Origin: an uncultured Candidatus Saccharibacteria bacterium
Lineage (GTDB): Bacteria > Patescibacteriota > Minisyncoccia > Phycocordibacterales > Phycocordibacteraceae
Assembly: GCA_964349555.1 (NCBI GenBank)
Contig: CAYGGK010000001.1
Location: forward strand, 49,486 to 113,485
Direction: 5' to 3'
Length of the DNA stretch: 64,000 nucleotides
The notes under the pieces were generated by a model, which saw only the letters and a program-made list of their open reading frames with translations, had not been told where the DNA came from and searched no databases. This document shows positions 46,231 through 55,370 of the stretch, in pieces. Numbering within the stretch: the stretch's first letter is position 1; the number at the start of each line of letters is the position of its first letter. The position numbers and the translations under genes are program-made.

Positions 46231-48173
46231 AGGCGGTCGCCTTTTTTAACACGAAAGGCTTCGTAGAATTCGGGGAGATTTGAAGAGGGGCCGTTGATGC
46301 GGTAGATGCCGGGAGAGTGAGGGTCGGTGAGTACCTGTGCTTTTTCCGCCTCGGGACGGCGGTTCTCGCGTTCAAAAAGCGCAAAACCGAGGAAAAAGCG
46401 CTGTTCGGGAGTGAATCCTCCAATGTCTCTGCGTCCCGTTTTTGCAAGGCGGAGTTTAAGCGCGTCGTAGGCGATAGAGGCGCCACCAAGGTCGGCGATG
46501 TTTTCTCCAAGTGTCAGCTGTCCGTTCACCCTGAGTCCGTCCGCCACGGTGTAACGATTGAATTGTTTGACGAGCCTCTTGGCCTTTGTATTGAAACGCG
46601 CATTGTCCCTTTTCGTCCACCAAGACTTTCTGTTTCCCTTGCCGTCGAATTTTGACCCTTGGTCGTCAAAGCCGTGCGTGATTTCGTGCCCAATGACCGA
46701 GCCTATTGAACCGTAGTTGACCGCATCGTCGGCGTTCGGCGAAAAAAATGGCGGTTGAAGTATCGCGGCGGGGAAGACGACATCGTTCAACCCATGGCTA
46801 TAGTACGCGTTTACCGTCTGCGGAGTCATAAACCATTCCTTGCGATCAACCGATTTTCTCAAACGGCGCATCTGGCGCATATGTTCAAATAGGGTAGTGC
46901 GAATCATGTTGCCGAAATATTCGTCAGGTTTGATGACGAGGCCACGATAGGTGCGCCATTTGTCCGGATATCCAAGCTTGCGGTTCATCTGGCCAAGTTT
47001 TTTCAAAGCCTTCTTTTTTGTCGCGGCACTCATCCAATCAAGGTTCTTGATGCGCGCCTCGTACGCCTCAAAGAGGTCGTCAACAATCGTCACAATTCTC
47101 TTTTTTGCTTCGGGGCTAAAGTACGCTTGCACATACAGCTTGCCGAGCGCCTCGCCCACGCTCCCGTTCACCGTGCTGAGGACACGGCGCCACAGTGGCT
47201 TCATGACTCTCGTCCCGGAGAGTGTCGTCCCATAGAACGCGAAGTTTTGTCTTTCAAATGCCGACGAAAGATAACGCGCCGACCCGCCGACGAGGTGCCA
47301 CGTCAAATATGTTTTCCAGTCTTCAAGCGGCTCCCTATTCAGCATCGCGTTCACCGCTTTAAGAAATTTCGGTTGCATGACGATTACCTCGCGTACACTT
47401 CTCGCGCCAACCTCGCGCAAGAAGGTACTCCAGTCTATGTTGCTGGTGAGGCGAGAGAGCGCACGAATGCGCCTCTTGTGATAGGTCTTATCAACCTCGC
47501 GCAGATCCTCCTTCGGCATGGAAGCTTTTGCTATTTTTGTCTCTATTCGCATAACGGTCTCGCGATTTTTCTTTGCCTCAATCTTTGACTTACCCATAAG
47601 CGCGAATATGGCCTCGAGATGTTTTTGGTATGCGGTGCGCACGCGTACCGACTCAGCGTCATTTTTAAGATAGTAATCGCGGTCGGGCATCCCGAGACCG
47701 CTTTGGTAGATATGCACAACATACTTCTCGCTGTTTTTCATGTCCTGGTCAACACCGAGTCCCCACGGTCCGCCTCCACCGATTTTCTCCAAGTGAGCAA
47801 ATGTTGAAACAAGCGAGCGAATGTCTTTGATGTTCGCAATGCGGTTCATCCACGGACGGAGCGGCTCCAGCTTTAGCGCGTTTCGTTTCTGCATATCCAA
47901 GCCGGAACGATACAAGTCGCGAACCATCTGCCCTGGACTCCCGACGCGAGGGCGCTTCGCGCGTTCGATCTTGGTAAGGACGGTACGAAGTTTTTTCTCC
48001 GTATCGTAGCGGAGCATAAGGAAAGAGCCCCAGCGCGACTCGTGCGGCGGGACGGGGTTCCTCTTCAACCAGCCGCCATTTACATAGTGATAGAAGTCAT
48101 TCTGCGGTCGAACGGACGTGTCCATATCGCGCACAGCAAGCCCCAACGCTTTTTTGTCTCCGGACTTCCTCAT
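46194..48173 (-). CDS. pepO: M13 family zinc metallopeptidase (PepO / neprilysin-like)
   Basis: VIGHEITHGFDDQG (HExxH) and the downstream E...D zinc ligand region, ~660 aa. Confidence 0.85.
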   Translation of the reverse strand: MRKSGDKKALGLAVRDMDTSVRPQNDFYHYVNGGWLKRNPVPPHESRWGSFLMLRYDTEKKLRTVLTKIERAKRPRVGSPGQMVRDLYRSGLDMQKRNALKLEPLRPWMNRIANIKDIRSLVSTFAHLEKIGGGGPWGLGVDQDMKNSEKYVVHIYQSGLGMPDRDYYLKNDAESVRVRTAYQKHLEAIFALMGKSKIEAKKNRETVMRIETKIAKASMPKEDLREVDKTYHKRRIRALSRLTSNIDWSTFLREVGARSVREVIVMQPKFLKAVNAMLNREPLEDWKTYLTWHLVGGSARYLSSAFERQNFAFYGTTLSGTRVMKPLWRRVLSTVNGSVGEALGKLYVQAYFSPEAKKRIVTIVDDLFEAYEARIKNLDWMSAATKKKALKKLGQMNRKLGYPDKWRTYRGLVIKPDEYFGNMIRTTLFEHMRQMRRLRKSVDRKEWFMTPQTVNAYYSHGLNDVVFPAAILQPPFFSPNADDAVNYGSIGSVIGHEITHGFDDQGSKFDGKGNRKSWWTKRDNARFNTKAKRLVKQFNRYTVADGLRVNGQLTLGENIADLGGASIAYDALKLRLAKTGRRDIGGFTPEQRFFLGFALFERENRRPEAEKAQVLTDPHSPGIYRINGPSSNLPEFYEAFRVKKGDRLYRKPKDRAKIW

Positions 48174-48221
48174 GAGTCTATAGTATATGAATCTGTAATC
48201 TCATGCTATCTTTTTCTTATT

Positions 48222-50057
48222 ATGACCGTTAGCGAGGTACGAAAACGCTATTTGGATTTTTTCAAGGCGCGCGGGCACGCGATTATCCCGTCCTCTCCAC
48301 TTGTGCCACAGAACGACCCGACGACACTTTTTACCAGTAGCGGTATGCAACCGCTCGTCCCGTATCTTCTCGGACAGGGACATCCTTCCGGCTCTCGCCT
48401 CTGCAATTCTCAACTTTCGTTCCGCGCCGAGGACATTGAAGAAGTAGGGGACAACCGTCACACGACTTTTTTTGAAATGCTTGGCAACTGGTCGCTCGGT
48501 GATTATTTTAAAAAAGAGCAGTTGCCGTGGGTCTACGAGTTTTTGACCAAGGAGCTTAAACTCCCGAAAGAGCGCCTTTGGGTTACCTGCTTTGAGGGCG
48601 ACGAGGAGTTTCGCCTACCCAAGGACACAGAGTCGGCGCAGATATGGAAGAGCCTCGGCGTACCCGAAGATAAAATCAGTTTCTACGGCGCGAAGAAGAA
48701 TTGGTGGAGCCGCTCGGGCACTCCGGGGAAGATGCCCTCGGGAGAACCGGGCGGTCCCGACTCTGAAATCTTTTTTGACTTCGGCACGGCGCACGACGAA
48801 AAATTTGGAGAGACCTGCCACCCAAACTGCGACTGCGGACGCTTTATGGAGGTCGGCAACTCGGTGTTTATGGAATATGTTAAGCTCGACCCTTCGACCT
48901 CTTCGACAGGCTCAGGGCAAGCAAGCTCAGGGCAAATGGCCTTCGGCAAGCTCCCGAAGCAAAACGTTGACTTCGGCGGTGGGCTTGAGCGTCTCACCGC
49001 GGCCTCTTGCGATAATCCGGACGTATTCCTCATTGACGTGTTTGATGAAGCGCGCGCGGAACTTGAGAAGTTCTCTGGCAAGAAGTATGGAGAAGACTCT
49101 CGTATGACTCGTTCGTTTAGAATCATTCTTGACCACGGACGCGCGGCAGGGTTTATGATCGCGGACGGCGTGCGCCCCTCAAACACCGACCAAGGATACG
49201 TACTGCGCCGGCTCATTCGTCGAGCCGTTTTTGAGATCGACCGGCTTGGTATTAAAGACATGACATTCGCCGATTTGAAGTTCGCCTCCGCTTATAAAGA
49301 CCAGTACTCGCATCTTCTCGCACATAAAGAAACAATAGAAAAAGAAATCAATGACGAGGATGTGCGCTTCCGTAAGACGCTCGAGCAGGGTGAGCGCGAG
49401 CTCAAGAAGATGGGGCAGAACATTGACGCCTTCATGCTCTTTACCACCTACGGATTCCCGATAGAGCTCACCGAAGAAATCGCGAAAGAACGCGGCGTCA
49501 TACTTGATATGGATTCGGTAAGGGCGAAGATGTCAGAGCATCAGACGCTCTCGCGCGCCGGCGGCGCGCAGAAGTTCGCCGGCGGCCTCTCAGATCACGC
49601 TGAGCAGACTATTAAATATCACACAGCGCATCACCTGCTCTTAAAAGCTCTCCAAACGGTGCTTGGTAAAGACGTGCACCAGAGGGGAAGTAACATCACG
49701 AGCGAGCGCCTGCGCATGGACTTTTCTTACGGACAGAAAGTAACGCCCGAACAGCTTAAAGAGGTGGAAAGTATTGTGAATGAGAAGATAAGGGAAAACA
49801 TCCCAGTCATTCGCACGGATATGAAAAAAGAAGAGGCGGAAAAACTTGGTGCTGAGCACGAGTTCGGCACCACCTATCCCGAGGTGGTAAGCGTGTACTC
49901 GGTGGGACCTCTCGAGAATGCTTTCTCAATAGAATTCTGCGGCGGCCCGCACATCAAGAACACGAGCGAGCTTAGCGAGGGAGGCAAGAAGTTCAAAATT
50001 CAAAAAGAAGAAGCCTCTTCCGCCGGCGTTCGTCGTATCAAGGCGGTGTTAGAATAA
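48222..50057 (+). CDS. alaS: Alanyl-tRNA synthetase, compact form (catalytic, tRNA-recognition and editing domains; no C-Ala domain)
   Basis: FTSSGMQPLVPY, FFEMLGNWSLGDYFK, the editing-domain HHLLLKAL (HxxxH) and CGGPH. The start was trimmed to 48222. Has a low-complexity Ser/Gly insert. Confidence 0.85.
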   Translation: MTVSEVRKRYLDFFKARGHAIIPSSPLVPQNDPTTLFTSSGMQPLVPYLLGQGHPSGSRLCNSQLSFRAEDIEEVGDNRHTTFFEMLGNWSLGDYFKKEQLPWVYEFLTKELKLPKERLWVTCFEGDEEFRLPKDTESAQIWKSLGVPEDKISFYGAKKNWWSRSGTPGKMPSGEPGGPDSEIFFDFGTAHDEKFGETCHPNCDCGRFMEVGNSVFMEYVKLDPSTSSTGSGQASSGQMAFGKLPKQNVDFGGGLERLTAASCDNPDVFLIDVFDEARAELEKFSGKKYGEDSRMTRSFRIILDHGRAAGFMIADGVRPSNTDQGYVLRRLIRRAVFEIDRLGIKDMTFADLKFASAYKDQYSHLLAHKETIEKEINDEDVRFRKTLEQGERELKKMGQNIDAFMLFTTYGFPIELTEEIAKERGVILDMDSVRAKMSEHQTLSRAGGAQKFAGGLSDHAEQTIKYHTAHHLLLKALQTVLGKDVHQRGSNITSERLRMDFSYGQKVTPEQLKEVESIVNEKIRENIPVIRTDMKKEEAEKLGAEHEFGTTYPEVVSVYSVGPLENAFSIEFCGGPHIKNTSELSEGGKKFKIQKEEASSAGVRRIKAVLE

Positions 50058-50061
50058 GGCG

Positions 50062-51114
50062 ATGAATTTCCTGAGCAATTTTTTCCATTCAAAACAGGCG
50101 GAGTCAGTTCTATTCATAGACATCAGCGCGGGGTCGGTCGCCGGAGCATATGTGCATTATAAAAAAGAAGAGTTACCCGCCCTTCTCTACACACGCCGTC
50201 TCCCTATAGACGCGAGAGAGGGGGAGCCGCAGGAACGCGCGATGCAACGAGCCTTGGAAATTCTCGGTTCTTTCCTTATTCGCGAAGGAGCGCCCGCGCT
50301 CGTGCGCTATGCGGGAAGAGGGAGTGTTGACACCATCCTCGTGTCGGTAGATGCGCCGTGGCAAAAAACCGATGTGCATACTGAACGCTTTGAACGAAAG
50401 GACCCCTTTGTCTTTACCAGGGCAATGGTTGACGCCGCACTGGAAAAAACGAGCGTTGTGCCGCCCGGGAAACTTCTCGCAGACGAAAGTATCATAGGGA
50501 CTATTCTCAATGGATACGAAATGCGCAGGCCGTACGGCAAGAAAGTTCACCGCGCCTCCGTCCTCGTCCTCACCTCGTTCATAGACGAGAAAATCTCAAA
50601 AAGCATCGTGACGACCCTCAAGAGCCTTTTTCATACAAAGAACATCCTCTCCATCGCCGGCAGTTCTCTACGCTACCAAGCGATGCGCTCCATATTTCCA
50701 CACGAGAGAAACGTTCTCGTGTTAGACATTATTGGACCGCTCATATCCATCGCTCTTGTGCGCAAAGATCTTCTCGTCGCCGTAACAGAAGTGACAGACA
50801 TTGATATAAGAAATGATACCGGCGCGTGGTTGAAAAAAGTAGTTGATGAATTCGTCAAACTCGCAGAGAAATATCCCTTACCGCGAACCATATTCTTGCT
50901 TGCGCAAGAACCCGAGATCTCTTCTCTTGGGCAGGCACTTGATGCGGCAAAGCTCGGCGGATTATGGCTCTCGGACAACCCGCCGAAGGTCACCCCTGTT
51001 CTCGCGAGCCATCTCGTCGGCTCCGTACGGCAGATAACGACCACCTCTCCAGACTTACCCCTCCTCCTTATGACGTTGTACTGGCAACACCGCGTTTCCG
51101 AGAAAGAAACGTAA
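50062..51114 (+). CDS. Actin-like ATPase fold protein (PilM/FtsA-like)
   Basis: LFIDISAGSVAGAYV (phosphate-1-like) and VLVLDIIGPLISIALV (phosphate-2-like), spaced as in PilM/FtsA; 350 aa. Confidence 0.35.
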   Translation: MNFLSNFFHSKQAESVLFIDISAGSVAGAYVHYKKEELPALLYTRRLPIDAREGEPQERAMQRALEILGSFLIREGAPALVRYAGRGSVDTILVSVDAPWQKTDVHTERFERKDPFVFTRAMVDAALEKTSVVPPGKLLADESIIGTILNGYEMRRPYGKKVHRASVLVLTSFIDEKISKSIVTTLKSLFHTKNILSIAGSSLRYQAMRSIFPHERNVLVLDIIGPLISIALVRKDLLVAVTEVTDIDIRNDTGAWLKKVVDEFVKLAEKYPLPRTIFLLAQEPEISSLGQALDAAKLGGLWLSDNPPKVTPVLASHLVGSVRQITTTSPDLPLLLMTLYWQHRVSEKET

Positions 51115-51164
51115 TACACAGGAGACGGATAAAAACTGGTTGTGGTAGATGGTATACTTTTCTC

Positions 51165-52364
51165 ATGCGTACACTAAATGACATCATACCGCCGTCTCGC
51201 AGAAAGGAGACGGAGCCTCTTACCAGTTCTTCTGTCAGGATTCCCACCGATAAACCGCGTAGGTTCCCCTACACGACGCTCGGCATCGCCGCACTTATCA
51301 TCGTGATCTCCATCGGCGCGCTCTTTTACTTCTCCGTCGCGAAGGTCGAGGTAACGCCGAACTCCGTCTCGGTCGCGGTGCAAGACTCATTCTCGGCGAA
51401 CAAGGGCACCGGCTCTCTGCCTTTTGAAATCATAACGGCACAGAAGGTCGCGTCTCAAAGCGTAAAAGGGAGCGGGACGAAGACCGTAAACTCTTCCGCC
51501 TCCGGTACCATCACCATCTACAACACACAGTCGAAACCGCAAACGCTCGTTGCCAACACCCGTTTTGCGACTGCCGCGGGGCTCGTCTTCAAAATCTCCG
51601 CCAGAGTGACCATACCGAGCGGTACGGCCGAAAAACCCGGGAGCATAACAGCGAAAGTCACGGCCGCTCAACCCGGCGACTCGTACAACATTGCGGCGAC
51701 ATCTTTCACTCTCCCCGGTCTTGCTGGAACGCCCGAGGCAAGTAAGGTGTACGCGCGCTCGACAAGCGCGATGACCGGTGGCGCCTCTGGGAACGTTCCG
51801 GTCGTAGACACGGTACTTGAAACAGAAGCGCGTAGTGCCTTAAAGACCGCGCTCGCTCCGGACCTTCTTGCCGACATACAAACGCAGATTCCATCGGGGT
51901 ATCTTCTTGTGCCGGGATCCGCAACAACGAAATACGAAGACCTTGCTCTCGTACCCTCTTCGGACGGAATGGTTGACGTGAAAGAGCAGGGCACTATCAC
52001 GGCAGTTGTTTTTCCGAATGCGGCGCTCGCGAAGGCGATCGCATCATCAGCCACCACTCTCGGGTACCAGGGAGAACACCTCACACTCGTTTCAGCAGAC
52101 AGTCTCTCGCTCTCGACGGTTGACACGCTGAGTTTGGATGCCGAAACCTTCTCATTCTCGCTCTCTGGTACGGCTTCGCTTGTGTATACTGTTGATCCGA
52201 GCCGTATCGCTGCCGCTGTCGCCGGGAAGACACGCTCGAATGCCGAAGTCGCTGTGTCCGGCTACCCGGAGGTCAAGCGCGCGCTTATCGTCCTGCGACC
52301 GTTCTGGAGACAGACATTCCCTCAAGACCCCTCCTCCATCTCAGTCGTAGTAACCACTCCGTAG
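51165..52364 (+). CDS. Bitopic membrane protein with a short cytoplasmic N-terminus (MRTLNDIIPP) and a large Ser/Thr/Ala-rich extracytoplasmic region; possible PilN/PilO-like partner
   Basis: Single TM after ~45 residues. The start was trimmed to 51165. Confidence 0.35.
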   Translation: MRTLNDIIPPSRRKETEPLTSSSVRIPTDKPRRFPYTTLGIAALIIVISIGALFYFSVAKVEVTPNSVSVAVQDSFSANKGTGSLPFEIITAQKVASQSVKGSGTKTVNSSASGTITIYNTQSKPQTLVANTRFATAAGLVFKISARVTIPSGTAEKPGSITAKVTAAQPGDSYNIAATSFTLPGLAGTPEASKVYARSTSAMTGGASGNVPVVDTVLETEARSALKTALAPDLLADIQTQIPSGYLLVPGSATTKYEDLALVPSSDGMVDVKEQGTITAVVFPNAALAKAIASSATTLGYQGEHLTLVSADSLSLSTVDTLSLDAETFSFSLSGTASLVYTVDPSRIAAAVAGKTRSNAEVAVSGYPEVKRALIVLRPFWRQTFPQDPSSISVVVTTP

Positions 52365-52452
52365 TGCGGTTGAGCTTGACAATTACACACCATAGTCTAT
52401 GACAGAAAGGGGTCCAGTTTCCGACTCTCAACAATGAAAGAAAGGACAGAGA

Positions 52453-52647
52453 ATGGACGCGAGAGAGTACGTAGAAAACAAGGTCGCCCATATGCGAAGG
52501 ATGGGAATCCTTGCCGAGGTTAGCCGCGATACGGGGGCAGCCTGTCCGGTCTGGTTAAAAATCCTGCGGGCTGAAGGGAAGAGGCACCAGGGTATGCCGT
52601 CATTACGGCGACAGCTTGATCTTGAAGCGGCCGACACCGACTCGTAA
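52453..52647 (+). CDS. Small hypothetical protein (64 aa)
   Basis: AAAGGA Shine-Dalgarno 7 nt upstream; a strong intrinsic terminator 35 nt downstream. Confidence 0.25.
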   Translation: MDAREYVENKVAHMRRMGILAEVSRDTGAACPVWLKILRAEGKRHQGMPSLRRQLDLEAADTDS

Positions 52648-52681
52648 CATCGGCGTTGCAGGATATCATTGGGGGCCAGCC

Positions 52682-52715
52682 ACGTGCTGGCCCCTTTATT
52701 TTTATACGATGCCAC
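52682..52715 (+). terminator. Intrinsic terminator (GGGGCCAGC-loop-GCTGGCCCC followed by TTTATTTTTAT)
   Basis: Perfect 9-bp GC stem plus a U-tract, seen directly. Confidence 0.6.
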
Positions 52716-52742
52716 AAATCCTTTTTAGTTCCGATTACATAA

Positions 52743-52765
52743 GTACCGAGGGCCGCCCTCGGTAC
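52743..52765. repeat. Palindromic element P-a: GTACCGAGGGCCGCCCTCGGTAC (perfect palindrome), intergenic
   Basis: Seen directly; copies at 52874-52894 and 59515-59535. Confidence 0.8.
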
Positions 52766-52873
52766 CCACGACGATGGGCGATTGGCAACGAAGCGTGTGC
52801 CACAGAACGGCTTATCTACAACGTGAAATAGGACAAGGTTTAACCTTGTTAGATCACGCGTAATCACCAGTAA

Positions 52874-52894
52874 TACCGAGGGCCACCCTCGGTA
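52874..52894. repeat. Palindromic element P-b: TACCGAGGGCCACCCTCGGTA (1 mismatch), intergenic
   Basis: Seen directly. Confidence 0.75.
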
Positions 52895-52999
52895 ACCTCG
52901 GTAAGCATCTGTTGAACCGTGCGGTTGACCGATTGACTTTATCGTAATAAAAGGTATTTTAAACATGGCTAGTTGTTTGAACAAGGGGAGGCAGAAAAA

Positions 53000-53290
53000 A
53001 TGGGTTATGAAAAGAGCAAGGCGCTTAAACTTGCCGCTCGCCAGGCAAGAGTCGACGGCCATTTTGGGGCTCGATTCGCAAGTTCACAGCCTTCTTCGTT
53101 TGAAGAGGGAGAGACCGTTCGTATCAAAAAGAGCGGCGAAGAAGGAGTTGTGGTAAGCAGGGCCTCTTGGGGCGACTATGTTCTTAATGGCAAAGAAGGA
53201 CTCTACTTTTCGCCCAAGAATCTAGAAAAAGTTATCAAAGGACGAGCCCCAAAGCTCGTCTTCTTCGTTTTTATGCGCGTGGTTGTCTGA
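53000..53290 (+). CDS. Hypothetical protein (96 aa)
   Basis: Strong Shine-Dalgarno AAGGGGAGG 9 nt upstream of the second ATG of the ORF. Confidence 0.3.
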   Translation: MGYEKSKALKLAARQARVDGHFGARFASSQPSSFEEGETVRIKKSGEEGVVVSRASWGDYVLNGKEGLYFSPKNLEKVIKGRAPKLVFFVFMRVVV

Positions 53291-53463
53291 CGAAAGTTAG
53301 TAATATCAGTCTTGTACCTCCTGTGCTTTTCTAGCATTGACTGAGGGGGTTCACCCCACAGCGAGGAGTGCTAAATGTGGTGGACTCGTACAGCACGTTG
53401 ACGATATACCGGGTATCTGCTAGATTTACAATACACTTGCATGAGAATGGTGGCGACAGATAA

Positions 53464-53709
53464 ATGAGCGACGGCGAAGAGACTAAAACGACAACGGTCG
53501 GTACCGTTGAAGAGGTGTTGCCCAACTCATTATTTAGAGTCCGTCTGCAGGCGACAGAGGAGGAGGAAGGAGTGGAGAAACCGCTCGTGCTCGCCTACCT
53601 CGCAGGGAAGATGCGCCTCCACCGTATTCGGGTCTTGGTAGGCGATCAGGTTGATATGGTTCTCGACCCGTACGGCGGCAAGGCGAGAATAGTGCGCAGA
53701 TTAACGTAA
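53464..53709 (+). CDS. infA: Translation initiation factor IF-1 (with acidic insertion)
   Basis: VGTVEEVLPNSLFRVRL...GKMRLHRIRVLVGDQVDMVLDPY...GRIVRR matches IF-1; carries an extra ATEEEEGVEKP loop. Confidence 0.8.
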   Translation: MSDGEETKTTTVGTVEEVLPNSLFRVRLQATEEEEGVEKPLVLAYLAGKMRLHRIRVLVGDQVDMVLDPYGGKARIVRRLT

Positions 53710-53727
53710 GGTAACTATAATACTAAG

Positions 53728-53844
53728 ATGAAAGTTCGTGCATCAATAAAAGTACAACAGCCGGGAGACCAGCTCGTCCGCAGAGGCGGACGCTTGTACC
53801 GTATTAATAAGAAGAATCCGCGACGCAAAGCTCGACAAGGCTAA
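53728..53844 (+). CDS. rpmJ: 50S ribosomal protein L36 (Cys-less form)
   Basis: 38-aa ORF, below the cutoff and translated by hand: [38 protein letters not shown], in the canonical infA-rpmJ-rpsM position. Confidence 0.7.
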   Translation: MKVRASIKVQQPGDQLVRRGGRLYRINKKNPRRKARQG

Positions 53845-53880
53845 CACTACCAATCAACAAAAAACTTTACAGTAACAACT

Positions 53881-54261
53881 ATGAGAATCGCAGGAGTCAC
53901 CATCCCGGATAACAAGCAGTTGGCGTACTCGTTGCCGATTATTTTCGGTATTGGGCCGACGCGCGCGCGCGACATCCTCAAACAGGTTAATGTGCCAGCG
54001 ACCAAGAAGGGAAGCGAGCTCACCAGTGAGGAGGAACAAAAAATTCGCTCGCTCGCCGAGGGGTTCACTATTGAGGGCGAACTGCGCCGCGAGATAGGAC
54101 AGAACGTTAAGCGGTTGAAAGACATCCGCTCAATTCGGGGAGACCGCCATGCGCGCGGACTCCCGGTGCGCGGACAGCGCACTAAGACCAACTCACGCAC
54201 GCGCCGTGGCAACGTGAGGAAGACGATGACCTCCGGTCGCCGTACGCTTGAAAAAACATAA
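53881..54261 (+). CDS. rpsM: 30S ribosomal protein S13
   Basis: MRIAGVTIPDNK...GIGPTRARDIL...GLPVRGQRTKTNSRTRRG. Confidence 0.9.
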   Translation: MRIAGVTIPDNKQLAYSLPIIFGIGPTRARDILKQVNVPATKKGSELTSEEEQKIRSLAEGFTIEGELRREIGQNVKRLKDIRSIRGDRHARGLPVRGQRTKTNSRTRRGNVRKTMTSGRRTLEKT

Positions 54262-54264
54262 TCT

Positions 54265-54699
54265 ATGGGAAAGAAACGTATTATCAAGAAAAGTGGAAAA
54301 GGCCTCGACCAGGGGCGTAAGGAGCGCGCCCTCTCTAAGGCGACCAAGCGCCATCTCGAGAAGGGCATTCTGCACATTGAGGCGACCTTCAACAACACAA
54401 AAGCGATTCTCACCGATGAAAAGGGAAATGCTATTGTTTCTTCGAGCGCCGGCGCACTCGGTTTCTCCGGTGCGAGAAAGTCTACACCGTATGCCGCGGC
54501 GAAGGTCGGTGAATTTCTCGGAGAGAAGGGCATGATGATCGGGCTTAAAGAAGCGACCGTCGTTATTCGCGGCGTCGGCGCAGGTCGCGAGTCGGTATTG
54601 CGCGCTTTCTCCGGGAAGGGAGTCCAAATCAAATCCATCAAGGATGTAACGCCGATACCGCACAACGGCCCGCGACCACCGAAGCCGAGGAGGGTGTAG
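54265..54699 (+). CDS. rpsK: 30S ribosomal protein S11
   Basis: GILHIEATFNNT...SSAGALGFSGARKSTPYAA...IRGVGAGRES. Confidence 0.9.
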   Translation: MGKKRIIKKSGKGLDQGRKERALSKATKRHLEKGILHIEATFNNTKAILTDEKGNAIVSSSAGALGFSGARKSTPYAAAKVGEFLGEKGMMIGLKEATVVIRGVGAGRESVLRAFSGKGVQIKSIKDVTPIPHNGPRPPKPRRV

Positions 54700-54713
54700 C
54701 GTAATAAAACACT

Positions 54714-55328
54714 ATGATTACCGGACCACGATATAAAATAGCAAAGCGCCTCGGCGCGTCAGTCTTTGAAAAAGCGCAGACGCAGAAGTTTGCGCTTTCC
54801 GCCGATCGCTCTGCCAAAAACAAAAAGCGCAGCCGCGGGCGCCAGAGCGAATACGGCAAACAGATGTTGGAGAAGCAGAAGGTGCGCATCACCTACGGTC
54901 TGCCCGAAAGGCAGTTCCGTAATTATGTGAATAAAGCGCTCGCCACTGTGCACACTCAGAGGCCGAGCGATCGCCTCCACGAACTTCTTGAGCTCCGGTT
55001 GGACAACGTTGTGTGGCGTCTCGGCTTGGCAATGACTCGCCGTGGCGCGCGCCAGATGGTCGCGCACGGCCACGTAGTGGTTAATGGAAAGAAGTCCCGT
55101 GTGCCGTCGCAGTCCCTCTTCGTCGGAGATCGCATTTCCGTGCGCGAGGGTTCGAAAGAGCACGGCGTCCTTGTCGGCTTCGCCGAGCGATTCCTAGAGC
55201 GCCCGCTACCGTCATGGCTCTTGTGGGACCCGAAGAAGATGGAGGGCTCGGTAAAGGAGAGACCGACCTCCGCCTCCTCCGACGTGGCGGGCGATCTTGC
55301 GTCGGTGCTCTCGTTCTATACGAGGTAG
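54714..55328 (+). CDS. rpsD: 30S ribosomal protein S4
   Basis: GPRYKIAKRLG, S4 RNA-binding domain (RLDNVVWRLGLAMTRRGARQMVAHGHVVVNGK). Confidence 0.9.
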   Translation: MITGPRYKIAKRLGASVFEKAQTQKFALSADRSAKNKKRSRGRQSEYGKQMLEKQKVRITYGLPERQFRNYVNKALATVHTQRPSDRLHELLELRLDNVVWRLGLAMTRRGARQMVAHGHVVVNGKKSRVPSQSLFVGDRISVREGSKEHGVLVGFAERFLERPLPSWLLWDPKKMEGSVKERPTSASSDVAGDLASVLSFYTR

Positions 55329-55370
55329 TTTTTATTCATTGTTTTATTAATTGGTAACTACGATTGCGTT

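Noticed and set aside
48683-49261. 192-aa minus-strand ORF inside alaS
   Set aside because: Antisense to alaS; no motifs.
53847-54665. 272-aa minus-strand ORF across rpsM and rpsK
   Set aside because: Antisense to two ribosomal protein genes with unmistakable motifs.
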